The notes beneath the pieces were generated by a model. The model saw only the letters and a program-made list of their open reading frames with translations. It was not told the DNA's origin and did not search any database. A program made the translations under genes and the position numbers. From positions 192,001 to 256,000 of the IMG/VR virus record IMGVR_UViG_3300036987_000310: a DNA stretch of 64,000 nt; one strand, written 5' to 3'. Shown here piece after piece: positions 54,859-62,550 of the stretch (its first letter is position 1; each line of letters begins with the position of its first letter). Origin of the DNA: a virus (lineage: Duplodnaviria > Caudoviricetes).

Positions 54859-54934
54859 GGGATCGTGACGCAATGGTAGCGTACCAGCCTTTTAAGCTGT
54901 GTTGTTGTGGGTTCGAGTCCCACCGGTCCCACCA
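54859..54934 (+). tRNA. trnK: tRNA-Lys(UUU)
   Basis: acceptor GGGATCG/CGGTCCC, D stem ACGC/GCGT, anticodon loop CTTTTAA, T arm GTGGG-TTCGAGT-CCCAC, encoded CCA. Confidence 0.93.
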
Positions 54935-54965
54935 CCATTGGTTCCGAACACAGTGGGGTGACGAA

Positions 54966-55190
54966 ATGAACGTATCGGTTTCAGACAGCTCCGTAACCTT
55001 CCAGGGAGTGGACTCCTACAATCCGCCAGCGTGGATTGACGAGGCAGTCCAATTTCTTCAGAAAGAACTGGGCATGTGCTTCGTCGAAGGAAACAACGAC
55101 CGGGGAACGATCACAGTGACGTTCGCTGAACCATTCGACGAAGAAAAAATCGAACAAGTGTTGGAAACGCTGGAGGCGAGGTTTTCATAA
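54966..55190 (+). CDS. small acidic protein
   Basis: GGGGTGA SD. Confidence 0.65.
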   Translation: MNVSVSDSSVTFQGVDSYNPPAWIDEAVQFLQKELGMCFVEGNNDRGTITVTFAEPFDEEKIEQVLETLEARFS

Positions 55191-55571
55191 TTGAACGCGA
55201 TTAAAACGATTGCAGAGGTCATGGAGTTCAACTCCGACCTTCTTCCGCCCGACGGGCTGTCCGAGCGCGCCATGCAAGCCTGGGCGTGCGTGACGGACTT
55301 TGTTGCCAAGCACGATCTGACGTACACTGGAGGGTGCAAAGCATTTCACAACCCCGCCAGCTGGGATGGAGACTACGGCAAAGATTCTGTTCTCGTCGTA
55401 GTTTACGACGGAGGGTCAGTGGGATCGGCGTTTGACTTCGACAGGGAAGACTACGCGACGATCGAGGCAATGCAGAGCGAGCTGGCGAAGCTGGGCTTGT
55501 TTTCTGAGCAATGCACTTCTTGGTATTCGGCAATCTACGAAATGTCGGTAGTTCCGCCGCAACTTGGTTGA
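55191..55571 (+). CDS. hypothetical protein
   Basis: 126 aa abutting the previous stop. Confidence 0.65.
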   Translation: MNAIKTIAEVMEFNSDLLPPDGLSERAMQAWACVTDFVAKHDLTYTGGCKAFHNPASWDGDYGKDSVLVVVYDGGSVGSAFDFDREDYATIEAMQSELAKLGLFSEQCTSWYSAIYEMSVVPPQLG

Positions 55572-55639
55572 CACCAAAGACAAACCCTTAAAACATATTT
55601 CGCAAATATGTGCCAAGATGTGCGCGCTTGAGCATGACC

Positions 55640-55664
55640 GAAGGCGCGCATCTTGCGCGCGTAT
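55640..55664 (+). promoter_or_regulatory. promoter-like motif GAAGGC-N13-GCGTAT
   Basis: upstream of 55683. Confidence 0.6.
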
Positions 55665-55682
55665 CGGCAGCGGAGGTTACAA

Positions 55683-56087
55683 ATGGCAAAGTTGGTTTCC
55701 GTTCCGCTGATTCAGCTTCAGCTTGGCAAAACCAGAATTCGCATTAGCTCGAAGAAGGGCTACGTCTGGTGTGATTCGAGCGAAACAGTTGTGAAAATTC
55801 GCGGCATGAAAGATGCTGAACTTCTTGAAGACTTCGCGCGCCACATGGAGTTCAAGAACGTCAGCTCCGGGAAGTTCGAGAAGTTCAGGTTTCTAAGCTA
55901 TTCGCATAGGCAGAATTCGACCGACGAGGAGATGTCGTGCGACGGCCATTATTGTGTTCAGATCGTCCGTCAGTTCATCCGGAACGAGACGGAGTATAGC
56001 GCCGTGGAGGTCAGGAGGGTCAAATGTCCCGTCTGGTCGAGGTGCAGGAGTTGTGAAGACAATGGAGCTCAACATTCAGGTGCCTGA
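55683..56087 (+). CDS. hypothetical protein
   Basis: GGAGGT SD. Confidence 0.65.
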   Translation: MAKLVSVPLIQLQLGKTRIRISSKKGYVWCDSSETVVKIRGMKDAELLEDFARHMEFKNVSSGKFEKFRFLSYSHRQNSTDEEMSCDGHYCVQIVRQFIRNETEYSAVEVRRVKCPVWSRCRSCEDNGAQHSGA

Positions 56088-56379
56088 CGATTACGCGCCG
56101 TCTGACGGCGAGGTGGACAACCTCGTGTATTTGACTTGCAAGTACACGTGCGGCTGGCCCATGAGAAGCGTTGACCTTTTGATTTGTCGACAAATGGCCG
56201 GCGACATGCGGGGAGCTGAAGGAATTTCCAAGCTTGTCAAAGTCGCTTGCGAATACTGTTGGGATCACGTCTGCGGGGAGCCCGACGACGTTTCGGTTGA
56301 AGCGTTTTTCGAGCACGTCAAGCATTTCCTTGAACACTGGTATGAGAACACAACCCCGCAAGAGCGTTCCAAGACATGA
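56062..56379 (+). CDS. hypothetical protein
   Basis: AGGAG SD. Confidence 0.6.
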   Translation: MELNIQVPDDYAPSDGEVDNLVYLTCKYTCGWPMRSVDLLICRQMAGDMRGAEGISKLVKVACEYCWDHVCGEPDDVSVEAFFEHVKHFLEHWYENTTPQERSKT

Positions 56380-56520
56380 GGCAAAATTGAAGCTCTGCGT
56401 CTAAAACCCCGCCTTCCATCCAAGTCTTTAACTCCGCTTTCAAAGCAACCCGCTTCAAAAGATGGCCTTCAAAGACCGCGGTCGAAGACTGTCTTTTGAA
56501 GGCTCCCTTCAACGCGGTGC

Positions 56521-56545
56521 GGAAGGCGGTCGATCGCGCGCGTAT
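56521..56545 (+). promoter_or_regulatory. promoter-like motif GGAAGG-N13-GCGTAT
   Basis: near-duplicate of the 56763 module. Confidence 0.7.
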
Positions 56546-56584
56546 CGGAGGTGCGAGACGAACCAACACGCGAAGGAGCCAGCC

Positions 56585-56761
56585 ATGAGACTGAAAGTTG
56601 AAAACCTACCGATGGCTTGGCGAGAGGCTTGTCAAGCCATCGCTGACCCGCAACGGGTTCCTCAAACGCATGTGCGCCTAACGCCCCTCCCCGATCGACC
56701 AGGGTGGATTCTTGAGGATGCGTCAGACCCTATGGAAGAACGGGCTCCCCTCGACGCATAG
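56585..56761 (+). CDS. 58-aa hypothetical protein
   Basis: AAGGAG SD. Confidence 0.55.
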   Translation: MRLKVENLPMAWREACQAIADPQRVPQTHVRLTPLPDRPGWILEDASDPMEERAPLDA

Positions 56762-56762
56762 C

Positions 56763-56787
56763 GCAAGGCGGGCGATCGCGCGCGTAT
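56763..56787 (+). promoter_or_regulatory. promoter-like motif GCAAGG-N13-GCGTAT
   Basis: followed by a structured ORF-free segment. Confidence 0.7.
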
Positions 56788-56861
56788 CGGGAGGTGCGAG
56801 ACGGCGAAACCAGAGAGACACATAATATTTTTCACCGCTACGCCAAGGAGAGTGAGAAAAT

Positions 56862-57019
56862 GGGGCATTAGCGATTGCCCAGATCGATCTTTGTCCCCCT
56901 CGGGGGTCGATCCTATGGGCCAACAGCGGAGGGGGCGGGCGGCCTGATCAACCACCCGATGGCCGAAGCGGGCCGGGCTCCCTCATGGGACCCGGCCATC
57001 GGCTTGTCGGGGATGCCCT
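56862..57019 (+). ncRNA. candidate structured non-coding RNA
   Basis: closing stem GGGGCAT/ATGCCCT plus internal helices 56877-56920 and 56956-57002. Confidence 0.45.
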
Positions 57020-57031
57020 TTGAAAGCCACG

Positions 57032-57056
57032 GGAAGTCGGCGCGATTCGCGCGTAC
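57032..57056 (+). promoter_or_regulatory. promoter-like motif GGAAGT-N13-GCGTAC
   Basis: upstream of 57098. Confidence 0.7.
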
Positions 57057-57097
57057 CGGTCCGTGGCGGGCACTCACAAATGCGGCAGGAGATGACA

Positions 57098-57586
57098 ATG
57101 AAGCTTTCCGAGATGACACTGGAGCAGTTGAAAGCCAAACGCGCCCAGATCGAGAAGTTCATAACCGAGCGCATGGAAGAGAAGCTGGCTCTCCCCGCCA
57201 GCATACCTGCTTCGATCGGCGCGTGGACAAAGGACGAAAACGATGAGTTGTCCGATTTTGAAGGAACCGAAGTACTGCACAACCAGTATTCGTTTCTGAA
57301 CGACGACGGCATCGAGGCTGTCGATTTCCGCATCCGCGTCTTCCGCGTTGGCAAGGACCTTGTCGCGCACGGGGAATACTGGCTGCACATGCGGGCTTAT
57401 TGCTATGGTCTTGTGGCCTGCCAAATCAAAATGCTCGGAACCCCGCACATCGACAACGCGATCCCGTGCGACGAAGACGAGTTGTCATCGCTGGACTTGA
57501 AGAACGCTTTGGAAGTGGGCAAATTCTGCAAACGCCATTTCGGCGTGAACGCGGACCCGGCCACCTTTATCCACTGCAGCTTTTGA
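57098..57586 (+). CDS. MKLSEMT-family protein
   Basis: MKLSEMTLEQLKAKRAQIEKFI. Confidence 0.75.
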   Translation: MKLSEMTLEQLKAKRAQIEKFITERMEEKLALPASIPASIGAWTKDENDELSDFEGTEVLHNQYSFLNDDGIEAVDFRIRVFRVGKDLVAHGEYWLHMRAYCYGLVACQIKMLGTPHIDNAIPCDEDELSSLDLKNALEVGKFCKRHFGVNADPATFIHCSF

Positions 57587-57611
57587 CGAATTGTGTCCCA
57601 TGGAGGTGACG

Positions 57612-58034
57612 ATGAAGCTGAAACTAACACCCGAAGAAAAAATCGTCGTGATGCGAATTGTCCTCTCTGCTCAGGAGTCATTTTACTCTGCGCCGGAGGC
57701 GTTTGCCGAGAACGGGAAAGAGAAAGAGGCGTTCAAAAGCGCCGTTTCCAAGCTCAAGAACGGCTGCGGAATCGAAGAGACTTCCAACATGACAAGTTTC
57801 GTTTGCTCGCAACTTGAGACTTGTCATGCAAACGACGACGCCGATGCCGTGTATGCCTATTTCCGCACCGAGCCAAACCCTGCCGACTGGGAAGAAGCTG
57901 TAGAATCCGAGCAGGATGGCAGCATCGGTCTCATCAAAAGTGAGGCTTGCGGATGGGAAGAGCGCGAAGAAGTCCCAACGCCACTGTCGAAGGCGTCGGG
58001 GTTTAAGCGCTATTACCTGGGTGGTGCTGGCTGA
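57612..58034 (+). CDS. two-part protein; C-terminal half paralogous to 62335..62550
   Basis: FVCSQLETC...DAVYAYFR.EP...KRYYLG. Confidence 0.75.
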   Translation: MKLKLTPEEKIVVMRIVLSAQESFYSAPEAFAENGKEKEAFKSAVSKLKNGCGIEETSNMTSFVCSQLETCHANDDADAVYAYFRTEPNPADWEEAVESEQDGSIGLIKSEACGWEEREEVPTPLSKASGFKRYYLGGAG

Positions 58035-58055
58035 GCACTGCTCTGACTGGGCCGT

Positions 58056-58080
58056 GGGAGTCGGCGCGATTCGCGCGTAT
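58056..58080 (+). promoter_or_regulatory. promoter-like motif GGGAGT-N13-GCGTAT
   Basis: upstream of 58092. Confidence 0.65.
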
Positions 58081-58091
58081 CGGACGGGGAG

Positions 58092-58298
58092 ATGCCAATG
58101 TGCAACCACGAAAAAGCCCACACGAAACGCTACGTCGGCTCAACTGACGTCTACCGGTTCTGCCCTTCCTGCTTCTCGACCTTCGACGGCGAGGAGTCTG
58201 CGGTCAAGAAAGCGCTCATCAATGATGCGTGCAAGGCCAACGTGACTGAGGCGGACGAAGTCGACGGCCGAATGACTGTCGAATCGGAGTGGTCATGA
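58092..58298 (+). CDS. small C-x-H...CxxC protein
   Basis: CNH...FCPSC. Confidence 0.65.
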   Translation: MPMCNHEKAHTKRYVGSTDVYRFCPSCFSTFDGEESAVKKALINDACKANVTEADEVDGRMTVESEWS

Positions 58299-58699
58299 TT
58301 CGCAAAGCGTTCATCGTCGGCGGGTTTTTGGCGTCCATCATGCTCTTGTGCATGGCGTTCGTTCTCGTGTGCGCCATCAACCTGGTGCTAAACGGGTACA
58401 ACCCAAAGTGCGGGCCTCTCCCCGAGCGAATTTGGCGCAACGCCATCCCGTTCATGTGCTCTCCCAAGCAGAATCTCCCGGAAAGCCGCGTTCAAACAGT
58501 TCGCTGGCACAGCCCTCCAGCAAAAACCCAAAAGCCGAATCGCGCCCCAACGCCCCGTTCTGCGCCAACTCGGCGCCCGTCGCGTTGCGCTCCTCTTCAG
58601 CAAGAGCCCTACCGAGTTCAATGCGATCGCGGAGTGTGCTATCACGATCCGGGGTACCGCGCCAACTGCGGACTTGCGGACAACTGGAAAGGAAACTGA
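58295..58699 (+). CDS. membrane-anchored Cys/Pro-rich protein
   Basis: N-terminal hydrophobic helix. Confidence 0.6.
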   Translation: MIRKAFIVGGFLASIMLLCMAFVLVCAINLVLNGYNPKCGPLPERIWRNAIPFMCSPKQNLPESRVQTVRWHSPPAKTQKPNRAPTPRSAPTRRPSRCAPLQQEPYRVQCDRGVCYHDPGYRANCGLADNWKGN

Positions 58700-58702
58700 C
58701 CT

Positions 58703-58861
58703 ATGGCAAAGTTTAAAGTGACAGTGTCGTTCATCGTGGAAGCCGAGGACGAGGACGAAGCCGAGGATAAGGTGGAGTTTGCTCTTGGGCTGACTTCAGC
58801 GGCAAATGAAGCCGAGGATATAGTTTTTGATGAGTATTGCACAACTGATGTGACGGAATGA
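58703..58861 (+). CDS. 52-aa acidic protein (VEAEDEDEA motif)
   Basis: hand-translated; AAGGA SD. Confidence 0.6.
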   Translation: MAKFKVTVSFIVEAEDEDEAEDKVEFALGLTSAANEAEDIVFDEYCTTDVTE

Positions 58862-58862
58862 A

Positions 58863-59135
58863 GTGTTCGCGATGAACATTCAAGACGAAGCGCAAGCGAT
58901 TTTCGACAAATGGATGGACGGCGACTGCGCCACAGCCCTTCTTGCTCTTGAAAAGCATGGGGGGCTTCTTGGCCATGCGATCTGCGCCCAGCTTGTGCTG
59001 CTCATAATCGATGCGGACGAGTCGAACCGCACAAGGGGTTTAACTCGCATTAGCCTCCCCAACTTCATAGAAATGATTGAAGAAGCGGCGTTTGACCGCC
59101 GCATCCTAGAAGTCGGGGAGACCATGGAGAGGTAG
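58863..59135 (+). CDS. hypothetical protein
   Basis: 90-aa ORF in operon. Confidence 0.55.
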   Translation: MFAMNIQDEAQAIFDKWMDGDCATALLALEKHGGLLGHAICAQLVLLIIDADESNRTRGLTRISLPNFIEMIEEAAFDRRILEVGETMER

Positions 59136-59155
59136 TTAGACCTGCAAAGGTCGGT

Positions 59156-59180
59156 GCAGATCGCGCTCGTCCCCGCGTAT
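59156..59180 (+). promoter_or_regulatory. promoter-like motif GCAGAT-N13-GCGTAT
   Basis: upstream of 59200, GGAGGTGA. Confidence 0.7.
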
Positions 59181-59199
59181 CGAGCGGGGAGGTGACGAG

Positions 59200-59394
59200 A
59201 TGGGAAAAGTTTGGAATATCGTGGGGCCAGAAGGCGCTCTCTCTGACAAGGAGACCCGGCAGGCGATCAAGCAGCTCAGGCAGCTTCGGGCCGAACGCTT
59301 CATCTTGTTGGAGAGCAAGAAGGAGGATTACAACGAAGCAGTGGCGCTCAACGCGCTGTTCGGTCCGCCACCTAAGCCCGAGCAGCGGAGGTAG
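59200..59394 (+). CDS. small coiled-coil protein
   Basis: promoter plus SD. Confidence 0.7.
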   Translation: MGKVWNIVGPEGALSDKETRQAIKQLRQLRAERFILLESKKEDYNEAVALNALFGPPPKPEQRR

Positions 59395-59395
59395 C

Positions 59396-59785
59396 ATGAA
59401 GCTTTCAGAAATGACGCCAAAACAACTCCGCAAAAAGCGAGATCGAATTGACAAGCTTCTCGTTGAGAAAAGCTCAGTCAAGGTAATCCGATTCAAGTTC
59501 GACTCAGGCGACGACCACACCGTCGGGGCCTTTGAGCTGGAGGCTGACACGCCGCTCGGTCGGCTGGTGGGTAGCGGCACCGTCAACGGCGATTTTGGCG
59601 AAGAGGACTGGGAGCTGAACGGCCAAGAGCTCGTCGAGTGTCCCGCCTTGGGCTTGCCTCAAGCGAATGAGGCCAGCGGCGCGTATTTCGAGGAGCGTTC
59701 AAAAATTTTGCTTGTTGAGGCGCTCGAACAATGGTGTGAAGAGGCGCGGACCCTGCTTGCAAAAGGACGCCGCCTCACCAAGTGA
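59396..59785 (+). CDS. MKLSEMT-family protein
   Basis: MKLSEMTPKQLRKKRDRIDKLL. Confidence 0.75.
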   Translation: MKLSEMTPKQLRKKRDRIDKLLVEKSSVKVIRFKFDSGDDHTVGAFELEADTPLGRLVGSGTVNGDFGEEDWELNGQELVECPALGLPQANEASGAYFEERSKILLVEALEQWCEEARTLLAKGRRLTK

Positions 59786-59805
59786 CTCGGCCCTAGGGGT
59801 GACCA

Positions 59806-60066
59806 ATGGCGTGCACATGGTGCAAATCGAACGATCATCTGGGCATCGAATGCCCGCAACGAAACGCGACCCCACGGACCGAGTCGCCGCCGCACCCAGA
59901 CTCGCGTGCCGTGGCCCAAGCCATCTTAGACCAGTTGTTCTCGGAGTTCGACGGCGAGTTCAGCATCCGCCTCGAGGACGACACGGACCATAAGGTGGAG
60001 ATCAAGTCGCACTGCCTGGTTGCGGCGGGCTACAGATTCCGCTTGGAGTATGGGCCAGATGACTAA
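59806..60066 (+). CDS. N-terminal zinc-knuckle-like protein
   Basis: CTWC...HLGIEC (CxxC-x4-H-x4-C). Confidence 0.6.
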   Translation: MACTWCKSNDHLGIECPQRNATPRTESPPHPDSRAVAQAILDQLFSEFDGEFSIRLEDDTDHKVEIKSHCLVAAGYRFRLEYGPDD

Positions 60067-60083
60067 CCGCCCCAAAGCATGTT

Positions 60084-60108
60084 GGAACTTGGCGCGGTTC
60101 GCACGTAT
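60084..60108 (+). promoter_or_regulatory. promoter-like motif GGAACT-N13-ACGTAT
   Basis: upstream of 60127. Confidence 0.65.
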
Positions 60109-60126
60109 TGGCGAGTGGAGGTTCCC

Positions 60127-60342
60127 ATGGCCCATTCGATCGATCTTCCCGAACTGAATAGCAACTCTGCGGCAGACGAAGTGGCTTCCGCTGTGGAGCT
60201 GATGCTCAAGGGCGTCGTGCAAGACAGCGGCGACGCTTGGCTGGACGAGGATTTCACCTGGCAGCTCCGCGTCGTCGACGGGGAGCTGATCGCCGAGTCT
60301 TCCGATGGCAAGCGGTACCGCATCGAGGTGAAAGCCCGCTGA
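60127..60342 (+). CDS. small acidic protein
   Basis: GGAGGT SD. Confidence 0.65.
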   Translation: MAHSIDLPELNSNSAADEVASAVELMLKGVVQDSGDAWLDEDFTWQLRVVDGELIAESSDGKRYRIEVKAR

Positions 60343-60620
60343 TGCGCAGTCGGCAAAAGCGCTGGGAGAAGCGCCGCCTCCGCAAAGAGGTGCGTCGGGC
60401 CGAAAACGCCCAATTGCAGGAAAGGTCCTGCGCGCTGAGCCTCTTTTGCGACGAGTGCGGCGCCTTGGCAGTCCAGTTCATGCTGGCTGACGAGGGCTTT
60501 CGCCGAAAAGCCCTCGCGCGTTGCCCCCGGCACAGGCTGGTTCCGGGAGGCCACATGTTCGGCACGGTTGAGAAGATCGATGGTGAAGAGTTTTTGGCTT
60601 TCAAGGTGCAAGAGTCATGA
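60342..60620 (+). CDS. small zinc-finger protein (family A) with C-terminal tag
   Basis: CDECGALAVQF...RCPRH...IDGEEFLAFKVQES*. Confidence 0.8.
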   Translation: MRSRQKRWEKRRLRKEVRRAENAQLQERSCALSLFCDECGALAVQFMLADEGFRRKALARCPRHRLVPGGHMFGTVEKIDGEEFLAFKVQES

Positions 60621-60823
60621 AGTGCAAATACGGATGCGGGTGCCAGAAAGAAGCCACCCGCTTCGCCCGAGTTAAAAACTCAGACTCGATGGTCATCCGG
60701 TGCGAAGAGCATTGGGAAAACTTCAAGCAGCACTTGGTCGGCGCTGGCCCGCAGAAAAAGAGCGTCGAGATTGAAGCTTTGACCGAAGACGAAGCTGTAA
60801 TTTTTCAAATTCAAAGAGACTAA
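60617..60823 (+). CDS. small zinc-finger protein (family A) with C-terminal tag
   Basis: CGCQKEATRF...RCEEH...LTEDEAVIFQIQRD*. Confidence 0.8.
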   Translation: MKCKYGCGCQKEATRFARVKNSDSMVIRCEEHWENFKQHLVGAGPQKKSVEIEALTEDEAVIFQIQRD

Positions 60824-60860
60824 GAGCCCCTTGCGCGCGTTGTCGACCGGAGCAGGCGAG

Positions 60861-60998
60861 ATGTTCACAATCAAAATTCCACGCAAGAGACCCCGCAACG
60901 CGCTGTTTTTGGCACAGGCCATGGGCTTGGCTCTCCGTCCCAGGCGGCTTGTCAAAAACAGCAAGCGCGACAAGTCTTGGAAAAAGGAGCAATGGTGA
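60861..60998 (+). CDS. 45-aa basic peptide
   Basis: hand-translated MFTIKIPRKRPRN...KKEQW*. Confidence 0.5.
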   Translation: MFTIKIPRKRPRNALFLAQAMGLALRPRRLVKNSKRDKSWKKEQW

Positions 60999-61153
60999 TG
61001 CACTTCTGCGGCAATCCTTTCCACGACGTTCCCCTGTACATCGTGTTGGCGCTGCCGTTTCTCGCGCCAATCTGGATCTGGCTTCGAGCCCGGTTTGGCC
61101 GTCAAGGGTGCGACTGCGGGCACGACCACGACAACGGGGAGAAGCATCCATGA
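60998..61153 (+). CDS. 51-aa membrane peptide with C/H-rich tail
   Basis: hand-translated; AAGGAG SD; coupled on both sides. Confidence 0.55.
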   Translation: MHFCGNPFHDVPLYIVLALPFLAPIWIWLRARFGRQGCDCGHDHDNGEKHP

Positions 61154-61359
61154 AATGCGACGCCATCATATCCATGTCCGGGCCGCTTGACGATGAAGTC
61201 GAGCGCTGCGGCTGCGGCTGCCGCGCCGTCCAGTTCATCTTGTTTAGCCAGGGCAAACTGTCCTGCCGATGCGAGGAGCATCAACTGCAGACGCAGTTCA
61301 AGGACGTGCGACGCCTCACTGAGGAGGAAGCCCTAGTTCATTCGACGATGGACGAATGA
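61150..61359 (+). CDS. small zinc-finger protein (family A) with C-terminal tag
   Basis: CGCGCRAVQF...RCEEH...LTEEEALVHSTMDE*. Confidence 0.8.
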   Translation: MKCDAIISMSGPLDDEVERCGCGCRAVQFILFSQGKLSCRCEEHQLQTQFKDVRRLTEEEALVHSTMDE

Positions 61360-61676
61360 AGGCTGTGAGAACCCGACCGCCGAAAATCCGGTTTCCGCCT
61401 GGAACGTTCGTCCGCTTGTGGGATGAGCCGGACCGCTTGTGGGAGGTGGTTTGGCTGTACCGGATGCGAGAAGAGCCAAACGTTTGGCTCCACGTGTTGA
61501 AAGTCGCGACACATTTCGAGACCAGTATCGCGCGAGGCGAGGCCCGGATAATCTGGAGCCCGGTTGTTGGACTTCACAACACGGGCATAGACCCATGGTC
61601 GTACAGCCGAATCGTGTCTACGCCGAACATGATTCGGCTAGCTGAGATCGCCATTGACGACATCATGGAGTCTTGA
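61356..61676 (+). CDS. hypothetical protein with C-terminal tag
   Basis: ends IAIDDIMES*. Confidence 0.75.
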   Translation: MKAVRTRPPKIRFPPGTFVRLWDEPDRLWEVVWLYRMREEPNVWLHVLKVATHFETSIARGEARIIWSPVVGLHNTGIDPWSYSRIVSTPNMIRLAEIAIDDIMES

Positions 61677-62191
61677 GACTGTCAGAATCGGGCGCTTTCA
61701 AGCGTCCAAAGTTTATGTGCACGAAAATTCTCCTGAGCCAAATGGAGCAACTGCGATGGGATGGCGTTTCGAGACTCGTTGGCAACGAATGGTCCTTGCA
61801 GTTTTTCACTGACTCCTGGACCAAGGGGCTGGCCGTCACTCTCTACTTGACTGGCTTCAAAAGGGAAAAGAGGAAATGTCTGGTCCTGCGTCAAGGCCAA
61901 CGAGTTAAGCTGATTCGAGAAATGGTTTGCCTCTGGGCGGGGCGCGAGTCTGTCGAGTCGACTGCCTGGATTGGCAAAAGGATCGACAAAGACACGAGAA
62001 TCGGGCCGAATTTGCAGCAGTTCGTCAACGCCATCATGTCCAGGTGGGTCGACGGAAACCAGGTGGCTTGCGACCGGGCCATGGGCCAGCTCAGGCGAGC
62101 TGTGGCGAAGGCTCAAAAAGCAGGGCTGACTGAGGCTGACATGAAGGCTGCCTGGGACGAGGCTTTGCTCGCTCAAATGTTGTTGTCGTGA
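61673..62191 (+). CDS. hypothetical protein with helical-hairpin tail (near-tag ending)
   Basis: ends GLTEADMKAAWDEALLAQMLLS*. Confidence 0.7.
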   Translation: MRLSESGAFKRPKFMCTKILLSQMEQLRWDGVSRLVGNEWSLQFFTDSWTKGLAVTLYLTGFKREKRKCLVLRQGQRVKLIREMVCLWAGRESVESTAWIGKRIDKDTRIGPNLQQFVNAIMSRWVDGNQVACDRAMGQLRRAVAKAQKAGLTEADMKAAWDEALLAQMLLS

Positions 62192-62290
62192 TCAACTAGC
62201 CCATGCCAGAGAGCTGGAAAATACCACTGAAAAGTTGGTATGATTGAGCGATGCAGTCCAGGACTGGCTGATGACTGTTTGAAACGGGTC

Positions 62291-62315
62291 GGAGCTGCCA
62301 GCACGCTGCGCGTAT
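62291..62315 (+). promoter_or_regulatory. promoter-like motif GGAGCT-N13-GCGTAT
   Basis: upstream of 62335. Confidence 0.75.
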
Positions 62316-62334
62316 CGACCGCTGGAGGCACCAC

Positions 62335-62550
62335 ATGAATTTCGTTTGCTCTCAGATCGAGACATGCGGCGGCGCGGATGCCGTGTATGTCTATTTCCGC
62401 CAGGAGCCAACTGAAGCCGACTGGGAAGAAGCGCTAGCTTCTGAGCAGGAAGGAAACCCGGACGAAGCGTGGGAAGACCGAGAAGAAGTTCCCACCGCTT
62501 TGACTGAAGCAATGCAACTCAAGCGATACTACATGGGAAGAGTTGGCTAA
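62335..62550 (+). CDS. small acidic protein, paralog of the 57612 C-terminal half
   Basis: FVCSQIETC...DAVYVYFRQEP...KRYYMG. Confidence 0.75.
   Translation: MNFVCSQIETCGGADAVYVYFRQEPTEADWEEALASEQEGNPDEAWEDREEVPTALTEAMQLKRYYMGRVG

Noticed and set aside
56862-57019. tRNA or tmRNA identity for the structured RNA (7-bp acceptor-like stem starting GGGGCA)
   Set aside because: No T-arm TTCRA loop or CCA end; kept only as an unclassified ncRNA candidate.
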